Source: a virus (lineage: Duplodnaviria; Caudoviricetes). From it: DNA of 64,000 nucleotides. This document shows positions 9,705 through 23,949 of the stretch, in pieces. The stretch spans positions 1 to 64,000 of the IMG/VR virus record IMGVR_UViG_3300033562_000989, one strand, 5' to 3'. The first letter of the stretch is position 1, and the number at the start of each line of letters is the position of its first letter. The notes below the pieces were generated by a model, which saw nothing but the letters and a program-made list of their open reading frames with translations, did no database searches and was not told the origin of the DNA. Position numbers and translations under genes: made by a program.

Positions 9705-11736
9705 TAAAGGAGCAGCAATAAATACTTTTACAGATGGATTAGTTAGTGATTTGAATGCAATAACTACTCCAAATTCTGTACTAACAGATGTAAAAAATGG
9801 CACAATACTGACATTTAATGGTAATGAACTTGTATTACAAAATGATATGGGTAATACAGATTTAAATAACCCTATATTAAATCCTAATAATCTTATATAT
9901 GGAGATAAAGTACAATTAACAGAAGGATTTATACCTATAGGAGTTAAAGATCATGGTGGTATTATTTACATAGTTTCACATAATCCTAGTAGTAAAGAGA
10001 CAGAAATAGGAAGTTTTCCTTCTCCAGGATATGCAGAGTCAATTGAAAATAGTGAAACTACATATGATAATAAAATTATAGTAAGTGGAGGTTTAATTAC
10101 AAATATAAATAAAACTATCCCTATAACTAATAAAATATTATCTGTAGGAGAACCATTTTTAATAGAATTACAAATGAGTGATACTGAAAAAGGATATTTA
10201 ACAACTATAGATAAGTCTTTTAGAGGTTATTATATTCCTAAACTTATAAGCATAGATGAAACAGGAAATGAAATAGATATTTCAAATAAAGTTTCAAAAC
10301 AATATTATTATAATGGAGTAGATACAGATAACTTTTGATTCTTAACAAATCCCTCTCAGGATAATTATACATTTATACAATATGTAGAAAATAAAAAGGT
10401 ACAAAGATATAAAAATATTAGGAGTGGGAGATTAGCTGTAAAATTTATATTAGAAGATATAGATAGATTTAATATTTCTGCAGATACAAATGGAAACTTT
10501 TTCCCAGTTCTTGAATATATTCGTTCTACAGATAGTTATATTTTAAAATTTCCTAAATTTGATGTAATAGAACCTAGTTTATTTAAATGTAATTATATAA
10601 CACTTAATTATACTATTTATGATAATACTACTAATAGTATAATAGGAAATACAGCATCTCTTAATTATCCAACTACCCCAAATGTAAATGATAATAAAAT
10701 AGCTACTCCAGAACTACCTATAGGTGGGATAGGTACAATTACTACTAATAATTTTTCTATAGCCCTAGATACTAATAATGTAACTATAGTATATTCAATA
10801 ACACCATCTAATTCTTATTATTTGTATGATTTTGAAAAATATATTATAAAAGACAGAATAGATTTAAGTAAAGATGCTTTAAGTTGAAGTTTGAGGCCAT
10901 ATTGGGATATAGTAGATAGTATTAATTATTTAGAAAAAGTAGATATTACTAAACCTGATACAGATAATTTAATTAACAATTTAAGTAATCCTGCAATTTT
11001 AAGTGCTCAAGTTGTAAATAGCGCACTTTTAAATAACGCAATAGTAGAAAAGAATAGTACAACTATTTTAAATAGTACACAAATTGATTTTTATAGTATT
11101 TACTCTGGAAATCAAGTAACTATAAATATTCCAAGTATAACTTTGCATTCAGATGTTTTTATAGTTGCTGGTAGTGGTGCATCTTTAGACCCAATTACAG
11201 ACTTTACAATGAAAGTTATAAAAAGCTGCACTTTAGTAAAAGTGTTTAACGTAAACCATTCAAATATTCACTCTTTTTATAATACTACTGTACAAGAAAC
11301 AGTTAGTGTAGTTGATGATTATGATAGACAAGAAATTAAACCTAGTACTACTTACTCTTTTACTCCTGAAATAAATGCATCTTATTATATAAAAATTGTA
11401 TTAAATGGTGAAATTATAAGTACTGTTGGAACTTTAGCAACATTATATAGTAATGGACAAACTATAACCTTACCAGAAACTATCAAATATTCTGTTTTAA
11501 ATAGGACAGGATTTAAAATTTATCCAGTTGTAGGTTATTTTGGCATATTAAACGGTGTTAAAAAACCTTTAGATATTAATGATAATGTAGTTGTCAGTTC
11601 TTCGCAGAAAACTAAAAAATTAAATGGTTATACAGGAACAACTAGTGGAATATTAACTACTCCTGATTTTATATTAAATGGAAATACTACAACAGTTGAT
11701 TTAGATATAATAACAGTTAAAGAAAGAATAATATAA
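9697..11736 (+). CDS. tail structural protein (679 aa, TGA=Trp)
   Basis: ORFs 9697 and 10891 join in frame. Conserved crAss N-terminus AINTFTDG...TFNGNELVLQNDMGN. Confidence 0.7.
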
Positions 11737-14700
11737 TGGCTTTAAGAAATTTACTAAATTTTGACTTAGATAGTAAAATCTATTTATCTCAAATAAACAA
11801 TGTAGGAAATTTAAATAATGATTATGCTCCTTTTAAAAATTTAATAAAAGAAGATATTATAGATAATTTTAAAACTATTAATTTAAAAGTAGATTTAAAT
11901 ACTCCTATTAATATTGAAGTGCAAGACTCTTTTGATGGTAGTGTTAATTTAATTTTAAATAATGACAGAGAAAAACCTAAAATGATAAATTCTAGGTTTT
12001 CAGTACAAGAGAATAATACTTATCAAATAACTGACCATAAAGGAAATAAAGACACTAATTTATATGATGATTCACAATTAGATTTAGATACACGTCTTTA
12101 TAAAACAATTAATAAAATACCATCTCTTACATTTAATGGATTAACAGAAAATGGTAAGATGAAATGTGGTAGTTATCACTTTTATTTTAAGCTGTCAGAT
12201 AATGATGGAAATGAGACAGATTTTATATCAGAATCTGGATTAGTGGTATGTCATATTGGTAATTATAAAGATCCGGGTTCAGTAAGGATGGGAATGATTG
12301 ATGAAAATTCAGGAAAGTCTATTAGTTTTACATTATCTAACTTAGATAGTTCTTATGATTTTATTAAAGTATATTATACTAGAACTACTTCGGATAATTC
12401 ACAAGAAGATATAGTTACAGCTCATTATATTGATTCTAAATTTTCAATTGTTAATTCAACTTCAAATATTATTATATCAGGTTTTGAAGTAATATCAGAT
12501 ATAAGTTTATCAGAAATTAACCCAACTTATGAAATTGTAGATACAGTTAAAGCTCAAGCTCAATGTCAAAATATATTATTTTTTGGCAATGTTAATAAAG
12601 TTACTATACCATATAAAGAGTTAGAAGATTTATCTTTAAGATTTATACCATCATTAGAATCTACTACAGAAAATATAGGAAATTTAAATGGTTTATATGA
12701 AGATAAATCAGGAAAGAAACTTTTTGAATACTATAATCCATCCAATTTATACTATAATTTAGGATATTGACCAGAAGAATACTATAGATTTGGAATAGTT
12801 TATATTTTAAATGATTATACTTTATCACCTGTATTTAACACTAGGGGTTTAAATTTTGATATTAGTGAATCTTATAGTAATCATCCAGTATTTAGTAGTG
12901 GTACAATTAGGTCATATATAAAAACTACAGAAGATGGATTTATTAGTGGAGGAATTAATACTTTTGAAAATGCTAAAGGAGTTACTAAAATAAATAAAAA
13001 ACAAGTTATTTTCTCAGATGGAGTAAAACCAATAGGAATTAAATTCACAAATGAAAATATTGAAACTTTAACAGAGCTTAAAAAATATACTAAAGGATTT
13101 TTCATAGTTAGGCAAGAAAGAATTCCTACAATATATGCACAGGGATTATCTATCTATAAAACAAAAAATGATTATGGAAATATACCAGTTATTAAAAACT
13201 ATGGCTCAATTATAACTCAACATTTTTTAAATAATAATAGAAATTTAGAAGCTACAACTCTTTCAACAACACCATTAGAAAATGTTGAAGGTAAGGCAGC
13301 TATAATACCAGAAGCGTCTATTAAACCTCAACTATTTAATCAAATTTTTACTTCTTCCGAATTTAAATTAACTAAAGCATTAGAACAAACTTCTAGTTTT
13401 AATAAAATATCTTTTAAAGAAATATATATATTAGATAGATATACTAGTAATTCTGATAATAAAATAGAATCAAGTCTTTTAACTATGGTTAATGATGGAC
13501 TATCTTTAACTACTAATGGAAAAGACTATTTTTCATCTAAAGCAGGTCATGCAGAACAAGCTTGAAATACTATTGATGTTATTAATTCCTGAACTAATAA
13601 TAGTTATCCAGTGGCAGTTAATACAATTTTAAGTAATTCTTCAAGTTTAATTAGGGGAGAATTTGGAACATATGTTGGCTTAAGTATAGAACTTCCTAAT
13701 AATACTATTTTTAATGTTAGAAATGCAGATTTTTCAGATTCTGTAGAATATACTACTAATATGTTTAAAACTCGAATGGATTCTTCAGAACCATATACAG
13801 CAATTAGTGATAGAACAACTTGAGCTACTACTAACACACAATCAATTACAGTATTTAGAGGAGATTGTTTTGTTGGAAATTTTACACATAGAATGAATCG
13901 TAATTTTATTGATCCTGACTTTCCAACAAATCATAAAATAGTAGATAAAAATACTTGAAAAAAGAATTATGCTGTTTATAATGATGGAAATGTTAATAAT
14001 TTAGGTATAAATAGGCAATTAATAACATATAAAAGTAAAGATAATGGGGTTACGATTGTAGAACCATCTGATGCAAAATATACTAATGTTGGTACAGGGT
14101 TAGGAACTTTATTTGATTCATTTGAGTATAAAATATATGGTTGTGATAAAATAAACAGAGGTGATGTTAATGCAGTACCACTTGGACATTGAGTTACATT
14201 TAAAGTAATGTCTAATATAAATCTTTCTATGAGGGATATAGACTTTAGTAATCCTACAGAAGAAGCAATTCACGGAAAGAAAAGAGGATTTTATCCACTT
14301 AATGCTATGGATCCTAATGATAGTTTACCAGAATCTAATATAATTAATGGAGCTGCAAATGTTACATTATCTAAACGACCTAATTTTATTGTCCCAGATG
14401 TACCATTTATTAAAAACTATTTTGGTAATAGAATTCTTTATTCAGATATAGCTACAACAGATGCTTTTAAAAATGGATATAGGGTATTTAATGCTGGTCA
14501 TTATAGAGATTATACTAAAACTTATGGAAGTATAGTCGATATGAAAGAGTGGTATGGTAATTTATTTGTTACTATGGAGCATGGATGTTTACTTATTCCA
14601 GTAAATGAAAGAGCTATAGCAGGAGAAGGACAAGGTGGTAATGTTTACATTAATACTTCAAATGTCCTTCCAGAAAATCCTAAAGTTATTTCTGATTTAT

Positions 14701-16316
14701 TTGGTAGTACTTGACAAGAATCTGTAGTTAAAACTAAAAGTGGTGTATATGGGATAGATACAGTAGCTAAAAAGATTTGGAAAGCTGCCCCAAATGAAGG
14801 AGGAAGTATGTCTTTGGAATGTATATCTGATTTAAAAGTACAAAGATTCCTTAATGAGAATATAGACTTAAAAGAATCTGATAAACTTCCAACTATTGGA
14901 GTACGTAATGTAAAATCTCACTATAATAAAAATAAAGGAGATATTATGTTTACTTTTTATAGTGAAACAAAAGAATGGAATTTATGTTATAATGAAAACT
15001 TACAAAAGTTTATTACATATTATTCATGGACTCCTTCACATTCTGCTAATATAAATAATGTGTTCTTTTCATTTAATAAAGAAGTTAGTAAAAATATTTA
15101 TAATCATAGAAATTACTTTAATAAAACACATATATTAACTGCTTTAAATTCTGGAGGATCTTTAAGAGTAGATGATTATGAGTGAATTTTAACTGGTATT
15201 CAAACTGGAGAAGCAACAATTAGAATAAATAATGTAATTACTGAAAATGGATATTGAACAGTAAGCTTTGAATTAGCATCTTCTCAAAATGTAACTGGTA
15301 GTATTAATATAGACGTTTGTGATAATCCTGGTGGTAATGTTACTATGACATCAGATAATCAATGAACCAGAGTTTTTGCGACTGCGAATATATCTAATTA
15401 TAATTCAACTCATCATTTTGTAGATTTAAATCTTCAAGATTTTTTATACTATAAAATTAAAAATATAAAAGTTGAAAAAGGCAGTATAGCTACAAATTAT
15501 TTAGGTGGATATGCAGCAAAACTTTGAAAACATGGACAATCAGGAATATATAATAATCAAGGAAAAATCCTCCCAACTAATTGGTATGGGGAACAACATC
15601 CTTTTTCCTTTGAATTTGTAGTTACAGAGAATCCATCAGTACAGAAAATTTATAATAATTTAAAACTAATTTCTAATAAAGCTGAACCAAGTTCATTTGA
15701 ATTTGAGGTTGTTGGACAAGGATATGAGTGGTTTGATTATAAAGATATAATTGTTTGGATTAGTAATAGAGTTACTTCTTTACATACAGGAAATTTTGCT
15801 AATATAGATTCAGCTTATACTTATATGTTAAGTCATACTCAAGATGAAATTTTAGCATTAGACCCATTATTTCCAACTTTATTTAATAAGCCTGGGGATT
15901 ATATAATACCAAAACTTCCTTATATTCCTAGAACTAGGTATATAAATCCTGTAGATGTAACATATTCAATTGGAAAAGATAATTATGAATTAAATACTTC
16001 TAATACAAGTTTAGTAACAGATAATCTTTTAAGTGAAGATAAAGTACATACTGAACAATTAGGAAATGATTTAAGAAAGTATGGAAGGACTAGAGGTAAT
16101 ATGCAATATTTAGAAGATTGTTGAGATATAGAAATTAAACCTATTAATTTTAAATATGCTTACATTAGAAGTTCTGATAATTCATTGCAACTTACAGACA
16201 ATGGAAAAGAAGCAAGAATAAGAGATAAATATGTAAAAATAAAGGTTAAATATTCTGGAAAAGATTTAGCTATTATACAAGGAATAAAAACAACATTTAC
16301 ACAAAGTTATAGTTAA
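11736..16316 (+). CDS. tail stabilisation/muzzle-like protein (1526 aa, TGA=Trp)
   Basis: Fragments 11736, 13611, 14208, 14808 and 15825 share one frame separated by TGA. SFDGSVNLILN, YHFYFKLSDNDGNETDF, GEQHPFSFEFVV and RIRDKYVKIKVKYSG motifs. TAA 16314-16316. Confidence 0.75.
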
Positions 16317-16319
16317 TAT

Positions 16320-17639
16320 ATGGCAGTAAAATTAATAAAAAAACATCAAGATGGAACTAGTGGGATACGGCCACTAGTTTCATCTTGAGAACAGTCTTTA
16401 GAATGATTACAACAAACTAATAACCAATTAGGATCTAGTAATTCAGGTAAATATGATCCTAAAACATTTAATAATAATTTTTTAAAAGCTATAGCACAAC
16501 CATCCATCTCAATTAGCGCAGTTCCTGGACAACCAACTATATTAAAACAATCAACACCTAGTGGACAGATGTCAGGAATAAATATAAAGCCAATTGGACA
16601 AGCTTTAGCAGAAGATGCTGCAAGAATTAAGAAATTAAAAGATGCAACAGAAGCAGCAAATAAAGCTGCTAATGCTGCTAAATTTGCTAATGGAATAAAT
16701 ATAGCTAGCTCTTTAACAGATCCAGCATTAGCTCTTGGAGAAGGTATTGCTACAAGTATGGGGGCTAAATTTGCAGAAAAGGATGCAGTAAGTGGGGCAA
16801 TAGATGCAATAGACAGTGTTGGTAGTAGTATAGGTAGTATGTTTGGCCCTGCTGGAACAGCTATTGTTAAGGGAGTTGGTATGGGATTAAAAGTCTTAGA
16901 TTTTGCAGATAGAGCAGCAGGTAAAGAAGTTAAAAGTTTTTCAGGAAATACTGGTAGTTTAGCTTATACAGATTTTTCTACACAAGGAAAACAATATAGA
17001 TGAACACAAAGGAAGAAGGCTGGGAGAGCAGAAGCAGAGAAAAAAGTACAACAAGGTTTCTATGGAAATGCTATGCAAGTTAAAAAACAACAAGATCAAT
17101 TAAAAGCTGGAGCAGTTGATTTAGCTCAACAAAATCAAATTAGTAATATAAATACTTTGGGAGGAATAGATAATCATAAAAGCCTCCTTGCTAAAAAAGG
17201 AACTAAATTAACTTTAAAAAATATCAAAGCAAAAGCTAATTATAACCACAAAAGAAAACATGTTCCTTTAGATGGTAATACTGGAGAAATTATAAGTGGT
17301 GATGTTACATCTTTTGCTGATGGTGGTAAATTTAATTTAATACCAGAAGGTGAACTACACGCTAGGTTAAATCATTATGACAAATCAATAGCTAAATATG
17401 TTACAGGTAAAGGAATTGCTGTTGTTACAGAAGAAGCTGGAGGAACTCTAACTCAACATGCAGAAATTGAAAGGAATGAAATAACATTTCATTTAGAAGT
17501 TAGTAAAGAATTAGAAGCATTACATAAAAGATATAATGATGGAGATAAAGATGCAGCATTAGAAGCAGGTAAACTTTTAGTTTTTGAGATTTTAGAGAAT
17601 ACAGTTGATAATACAGGTTTAATAGAAACAGTAGCTTAA
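16320..17639 (+). CDS. virion cargo/structural protein (439 aa, TGA=Trp)
   Basis: ATG 16320, in frame with 16569 and 17073. NLIPEGELHARLN and QHAEIERNEI motifs conserved in crAss-like phages. Confidence 0.7.
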
Positions 17640-17730
17640 AACAATTTGTAAAATAAATCATTTAAATACATCATAGTAAAGTTATTTTAATTTTTTTCTA
17701 TTTCATAGTTATTAATTAAAATAATTTTAT

Positions 17731-17738
17731 TATCTTTG
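17731..17738 (+). promoter_or_regulatory. Bacteroidota-type -7 promoter box TATCTTTG
   Basis: Exact TAnnTTTG consensus in an AT-rich intergenic gap, 15 nt before the DUF192 ATG. Confidence 0.5.
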
Positions 17739-17753
17739 TACAAAATAAGTATA

Positions 17754-18329
17754 ATGAAAGAATTAAATATAAAGATTGCTGATAAAGAATATAAAGTCCA
17801 AGTAGCTGAAACAGACACAGAACATGAGAATGGGTTGATGAATACTGAATCACTTAAAGATGATGAAGGGATGTTATTTGTTTATAATGAAATACAATCT
17901 GAAATTTCATTTTGAATGAAAGATACCTTAATCCCATTAGACATCATTTTTATAAATGAAGATATGGAGGTTATATCAGTTAAACAAGGGCAACTACAGG
18001 ATGAAACACCAATTACAGAAATTGATGTTGCATTTGTTTTAGAAGTTAATATAAATTCTGGGATTAAACCTGGAGATGAATTAGAGTTCTCAACTAATCA
18101 TACAGTTAAGAATAAAATGAAGATATTAGGTAGTGATGGTGGGACACAAATGGAATTAGAAGGAGGAGAGAGAATTTTTTCAAGACCTAATAGTAAAATA
18201 CTAATTAAGTTTGCTAAAAAAGCAGCAGCTACAGATAAAGATAATGACTACGTTAATTTAGGAAAAAGAGTATTTAAATTTCTTGATATTCAAGAAAGTA
18301 ATGAGCCTGAGTACGTGACTAAGAAATAG
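17754..18329 (+). CDS. DUF192 family protein (191 aa, TGA=Trp)
   Basis: GLM...GMLFV...F(TGA)MKDTLIPLDIIFI. The family-conserved FWMK Trp is encoded by TGA. Confidence 0.85.
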
Positions 18330-18537
18330 AATTAAGTATTGGAGTAAAAGAAGTAATTAATCTTAATGGAATTATCGCTATTTCCCTCCAATATTTTTCA
18401 CAAATAGCGATATAAAAAATTAGCGAAAAAATGTATTCAAAATAATTGTAATTTATTTGAAATAAAATATGATTATAATGAAAATGATTATGAAGAATTA
18501 GTAAACAATATAAAATTAATAATTAAAAGTAAATCAA

Positions 18538-18789
18538 ATGAAATTCATTAAAAAATTCCAAGAAGGAGGCGCAATGCCTGTAGAAGCACCACAAGAAGGG
18601 CAACCATCACCAGAAGATCAAATCGTACAAGTAGCTCAACAATTACTTTCACAAATTGGCCCAGAAGGATGTATGATGCTAATTCAAATTCTTGGCCAAA
18701 TGTTGCAAGGCGCAGCACAACAAGAACAACCACAAGCTCCAGTAATGCAAAGAAAAGGTGGTAGATTAGTTTTAGTTGGTCGCAAATAA
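18538..18789 (+). CDS. small Gln/Pro-rich conserved crAss virion protein
   Basis: MKFIKKFQEGG...RKGGRLV pattern typical of crAss-like phages. Confidence 0.7.
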   Translation: MKFIKKFQEGGAMPVEAPQEGQPSPEDQIVQVAQQLLSQIGPEGCMMLIQILGQMLQGAAQQEQPQAPVMQRKGGRLVLVGRK

Positions 18790-18796
18790 AACAACC

Positions 18797-18840
18797 TTAA
18801 AGGGGAAGCGGAGGATTCTGTCTTCCCCTTTAATGTTTAT
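18797..18840 (+). terminator. hairpin, probable terminator or processing site
   Basis: 12-bp stem TTAAAGGGGAAG/CTTCCCCTTTAA with only a weak T tract. Confidence 0.5.
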
Positions 18841-18871
18841 ATTACTATATAAATTATAAAATAATAAAAAT

Positions 18872-21800
18872 ATGGCGCAAATAAAAAAATTGCAAAATGC
18901 AGGAACAATTCCCACTCCTAGTGCCCCTAAAGTAGATAGGAGTGAAATAAAAAAAGGAATGTGAGATAAGTTTTATAGTATGTCTGTTAAAGATCAAAAA
19001 AGAGCCTATGATGAATATAAACAAGTAGAAAGTCTTATAGATACAGATGCTTTTGGTTTTAAACCTAATAGGGAATTTTATGTAGATAAAACTAAACTAC
19101 CAGAAAATCTTAAAAATTTAGATTGAAGTGGTCATCAAGGACTTTCATTAGATAAAGGATTCTTAGGAGCACAAGGTTATGTACACGGTAAAATCTTTGA
19201 TAGTAAAGAGGATAGAAATGCAGAAAGAAGTAATCGTGGGTTATCTTCTGCTATGGCTGATGTACGAGACCTAATGGAAACTAAAAATGCTTCTTCACCT
19301 TTAACTTCAGAATCTATAGGATCTAAAAGAGTAATACCATCTCTATCATTCATAGTTGGACAAGATTATAGTGGAAATCTAGATTTAGCATCTAAAAAAA
19401 TCCTTGAAAAGACAGAAGAACAAAAAGGAATTTATTTAGCAGATAAATTAGGTAATTTATTAAATTACTATATAGATTCTTATAATAGTAATCAAGCTTC
19501 TGGTGGAAAAGATATTTATGATCCAGAAGATTTAAAAAAAATAAATGAATTAAAAACTATTTACACATCTTTAAAATCAGGTAATGTGACTGATTTTAAG
19601 CAATATAGTGCAATTTTTGATAAATTAGGAATAGATACTAGTGATTATTTTAAAACTCCGGAAACCTTAAAAGCTGCAGAAACTGCTAAAACTGCTGCAG
19701 AAGCATCTGACATTTTAGAGAATAATATTAAAAATTTAGCAAGCATATATGGAGAAGAAGCTGCTAGGAATTTAGCATCTAAAGGATATGAATATATGCC
19801 AGGACATAAATTTAATATTAAAGAAGCAGATGACTTAGTAAGTAAAAATAGAGGCATAGTATTAAAAAGAATTGACCCACTTACTAAAAATCCTATTTTT
19901 GAAGTTTATGATGAAAAACTAAACCCCATAAAAGGATTAAAAGTGGGAAATCAGTTTTCTGAAAATTATTTAACTTCTTGATTTAATGACCCTACAAAAG
20001 GATTCATTTATCAGCATGGAAATATGCCGGATAATGCTTCTTTTATGGAATTATTAAATGAATATAAAATTAAAAATCCAAATATTGAAAGTAATATAGG
20101 AAAACAATTAATTACTAACTTACAACCTGGACTTAAAGTACAAGGATGATCTAATGAAGAAAATGGTAAATATAGTGCAATAAATGACCCTATTTATGGT
20201 AAAAGACGTGATTACACAGCTCATATTGTAGTTACAAATGAAAAAGGGACTAAAAGAGAATATAAAAAAGATCCTAATAAACCTGGATATTACATAGACT
20301 CTATGGATCATTATTCTAAAAAATTACCTTTTATAATCACTGGGTTTGGAGATGATACAATAAATATACAATCTTTAAACATTCCAGAAAAATTTAAAAA
20401 TGTTAGAGAGAATGCTTTATTTGGAGATAATTATGATGACAAAATTCTATCTGGTGAGACTAAGAAAGAACTTGATAACTTAGAAGATTGAGTTGTAAAT
20501 AATCAAGGAGCTTATGCCACAGATATTACTAGTGATACTTATGATAATGTAAATAAAATCATAAGAAGCTGAGTAAATGTGTATAATAGATCTATTCAAG
20601 CAGGAAATCAAGAAAAAAAATTAGAAGCTTTACAAAGACTTAATGAATTAAGTGGGATTATAGATGCTTATAATTCAAAACAGGCTACTGCTAAAAAAAT
20701 TCTATTTAATAAATCAGGGGGAAGTTTAATTAAATTAGAAAATGGAGGGGATTTTTCAAAATTTGCAAAATATAGAAATAGAATAAGCAGCTCCTCACAA
20801 AGGGAATCCTCACAAACAGATATCTCTGGGTTATTAAGAGGCTCTAGCAATTTAGATAAAGTTATTTTAGGTGCTAATGCTACTTCCTTACTTCCTGGAA
20901 TTCCAGGTGTAATTGGAGGTACAATTGCTACAGGAGCAGAACTTATTAGAGATATGGAAGATCCTACTAAATCTGGATGAGAAGTTGGAGGAAATGCTCT
21001 TTTAAATATTGGATTTACAGCTGCTTCCGCTTTTGGTGGAGGATTCTTAAAAGGAGCCCTAAAAGGATTGCAAACTGGAGAAGCACTAGCAAAAACAACT
21101 TTAAAAGCAGAAAAAATAGCTGAAGCTGCTTTAAAAGCAGAAAAAGTTACTGAAGGAGCAGTAGATGCTAGTAAAGTAGCTAAAAATGTATTTAAAACTA
21201 CTTCTGCTGAGAAAGAAATGAAAGTATCTTTAGATGCTATTAATAAATTTGCTGCTGAAAAAGGATTAAATAATGCTTCTATAAAAGAAATAGCTAAAGC
21301 AGCTGAAAGTTTAGGAGAAGGTGGTAAAGATATAGCTAAACATCTTGCTACAGTTAAAAGTTTTTCTGAAACTTATGCTAAAAACTCATCTTTAATAAAT
21401 ATAGCAGTTCCAACCTGAAAAAAAGTTGGAGAAACTGTTGGAAATATAGGGCAATTAGCTGGGGTTGTTAGAGGAGTTATGGCAGTTCCTGGTGCTATAA
21501 ATGCAGGTAAAACTATTATGACAGATCCATCAGAGATGACTATTTCGGATATAAATGATGTTTTAAGTGTAGCATTTGCAGGTAAAATTGGGACTAGACA
21601 TGCAGGTAAATTTATAGGAAAGAAATATGGAACAGTAGTAGCAAGTGAAGAACCTGCTAAAATAACTGCTACAATTAAAGGTAAAGAGGTAGATATAGAG
21701 GATGCTGATATAATAGGTAAGATAGGAAAAGACCCTATAAAAGATAAGGTTAAATTTTGAAGTACCTCTAATAAACAAGCTAAAGAAGCTATTGTAGCTA

Positions 21801-23941
21801 AATTAAATGCAGGAAAGCCTACAACAGAGCATATAACTCTAAAGGATATTAGTAAAGTAGAAACTACAAAAGCTAAAGTGACAGGACTTAATGCTAGAGA
21901 GAAAATAGATATAGATAAAAACCATTTCTTACAAAAATTAGCTATAAATAAAAAATTGGCTACTAGATACGGATTAGTTTCTGCTCCTATGGAAAAATCC
22001 TCTAATCAAAACACATCTTCTATACCTTCTACAAAGACTGAAAATTCCAAAGAAGTAGTAAAAAGATTTCGTTCAAAAGAAGCATTAAGACAAAGAAAAA
22101 ATAGTATTGATTATAAGAATTTAGCTAAAGTTAATGTAAAAACTAAGCCTGTAAAGAAATTTACTGAAGAAAGACATCAAAAAGCACTACAAAAATTATC
22201 TCAACGACTAAGTAATAAATTAATAAGTCAAGGGGCTTTAGATCCTACTCAACAAAATAAAAATGAGCTGCCTAAATTAAATCCTCTAAAAAAATCTTCT
22301 AAACGAGAATTGTTAGCTTTAACTTGGAGGCCTATAGCTCCAAAAGGTGCTAAAAGTTCAATGACTAAACTTAAAAATTCATTAGATAAAATTACAGAAC
22401 AAGACAAAAGGAATATAATTTATAGTAAAATAGCTAAATTAGAGAATACATACCGATTTAAACAAGGAGGAATAGTTAAATATGAAAATCCAACTACCCC
22501 TCTTAACTATAAGAATGATTATTCTAATATTTTAGATGATAAAACAAATACTTATCAAAATATAATTAGTCATAAAAAAGCAAATACTTATTCAGTTCCA
22601 AAACAACATAGAACTAGTGCTAATTTTTATGGTGGAGTTACTCCAGAATTAATACAAAAAAATTGAGATCCTAATATTTTAAATAATGCTTTTAAAGGGA
22701 CTGCTGGATATAAACTTGAAGATACTAAAACTTGAGGTAATAACATTTCAGAAACATTACAAAAATATGTTCAAGGAAATCCAGAACTTTATAATCAAAT
22801 AAAAAATAAAAATAGTCTACAATTTGGACATGATTGGTACTCTGTAGGAATAAATCCGGTTGCTAAAACTAAAGTGGATACTCCTATAATTACACCTAAT
22901 ACTGTAGTAAAAGATCCAGAACCAAAACTAGAAACAGGTACAACTAATAGACCTCCTGCTAAAAAACCTTGAGATTGAGGTAAAATAGATGTAAATGATT
23001 TAGGGAATACTGCTATGTATTTAAACACTCGTATGACTAATAAGAATGTAGCACAAGCACAAATGACTACCCCTGCTTTAAGAAGTCTCCTTCCTAATCA
23101 AAATATCGTAAATTATAATCCTTATGATAGAAAGGAAACATCTGTAAAAGCAGAAGCTAATACTTTAGGGAATAGAACGGCTGGAAAGTTTTCAGATAGT
23201 AATAAGCAATTATTATTTAACTTAGCCCTTTTTGAAAAAGGAGAGGCTGCTGCAGCAGGTTATAGAGAGAAAGGTACAGAACTTTATAATAAAGGGATTC
23301 AAGCACAAAATACTTCTAATTATAATACACAAGTTAAAAACATTGGAATTGCTGATTATAACATTGCAGCAATAAAACAAACTAATGATGCAAATGGTAA
23401 AGTAACTGCCGCTATGTTAGCTGGGAATGGAAATGCTTTTAATAATCTTACTAAAGGATTCTTATTAAATAAACAAGTAAGAGATAACAAAAAAGATTAC
23501 ACAGCTTTATATGATTTACAAACTGGAGATGAGTACAAAGGATTAAAAACCGCAGCTTCTTTATGAGATCAAACAGCAGAAAATAAAATTCTAGAAGCTT
23601 ATAAAACAGAAAAAACTAATATTGGTACTACTCCAGAACTTGAAGATTGGGGAAAGTATAAAGTATTTAAAGCAGGAAAAGAATCTTATCAAAAAAGTTT
23701 AGAAGATTACTACGAAAAAATGAATAACTTAAAACTTAAATATCAATATGGTTTACAAAAGCCTGGGGGTATGTTCTCAGCTAAATCTGGAGGTAAATTA
23801 TCTAAACAAGATAAAATTGATATAGAAAATGTCAAAGCTAATCGTAAACAAGAGCAAGACAGTATTAAAGAATTTTATAAGGCTATTAGTGAAAATAATA
23901 AACTAGTACAAAAATCTATAAGTGAACTGTTTAAAAAATAA
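18872..23941 (+). CDS. large virion cargo/ejection protein (1689 aa, TGA=Trp)
   Basis: Seven + strand fragments share the frame of ATG 18872 and are separated by TGA. Gly/Ala-rich hydrophobic segments near 20860-21600. Confidence 0.7.
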
Positions 23942-23949
23942 AATTAATA

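Noticed and set aside
18845-18860. Partial match (TATATAAATT) to the 21-bp late motif before gene 18872
   Set aside because: Only about 10 AT-only bases match and no TAnnTTTG follows at the expected spacing.
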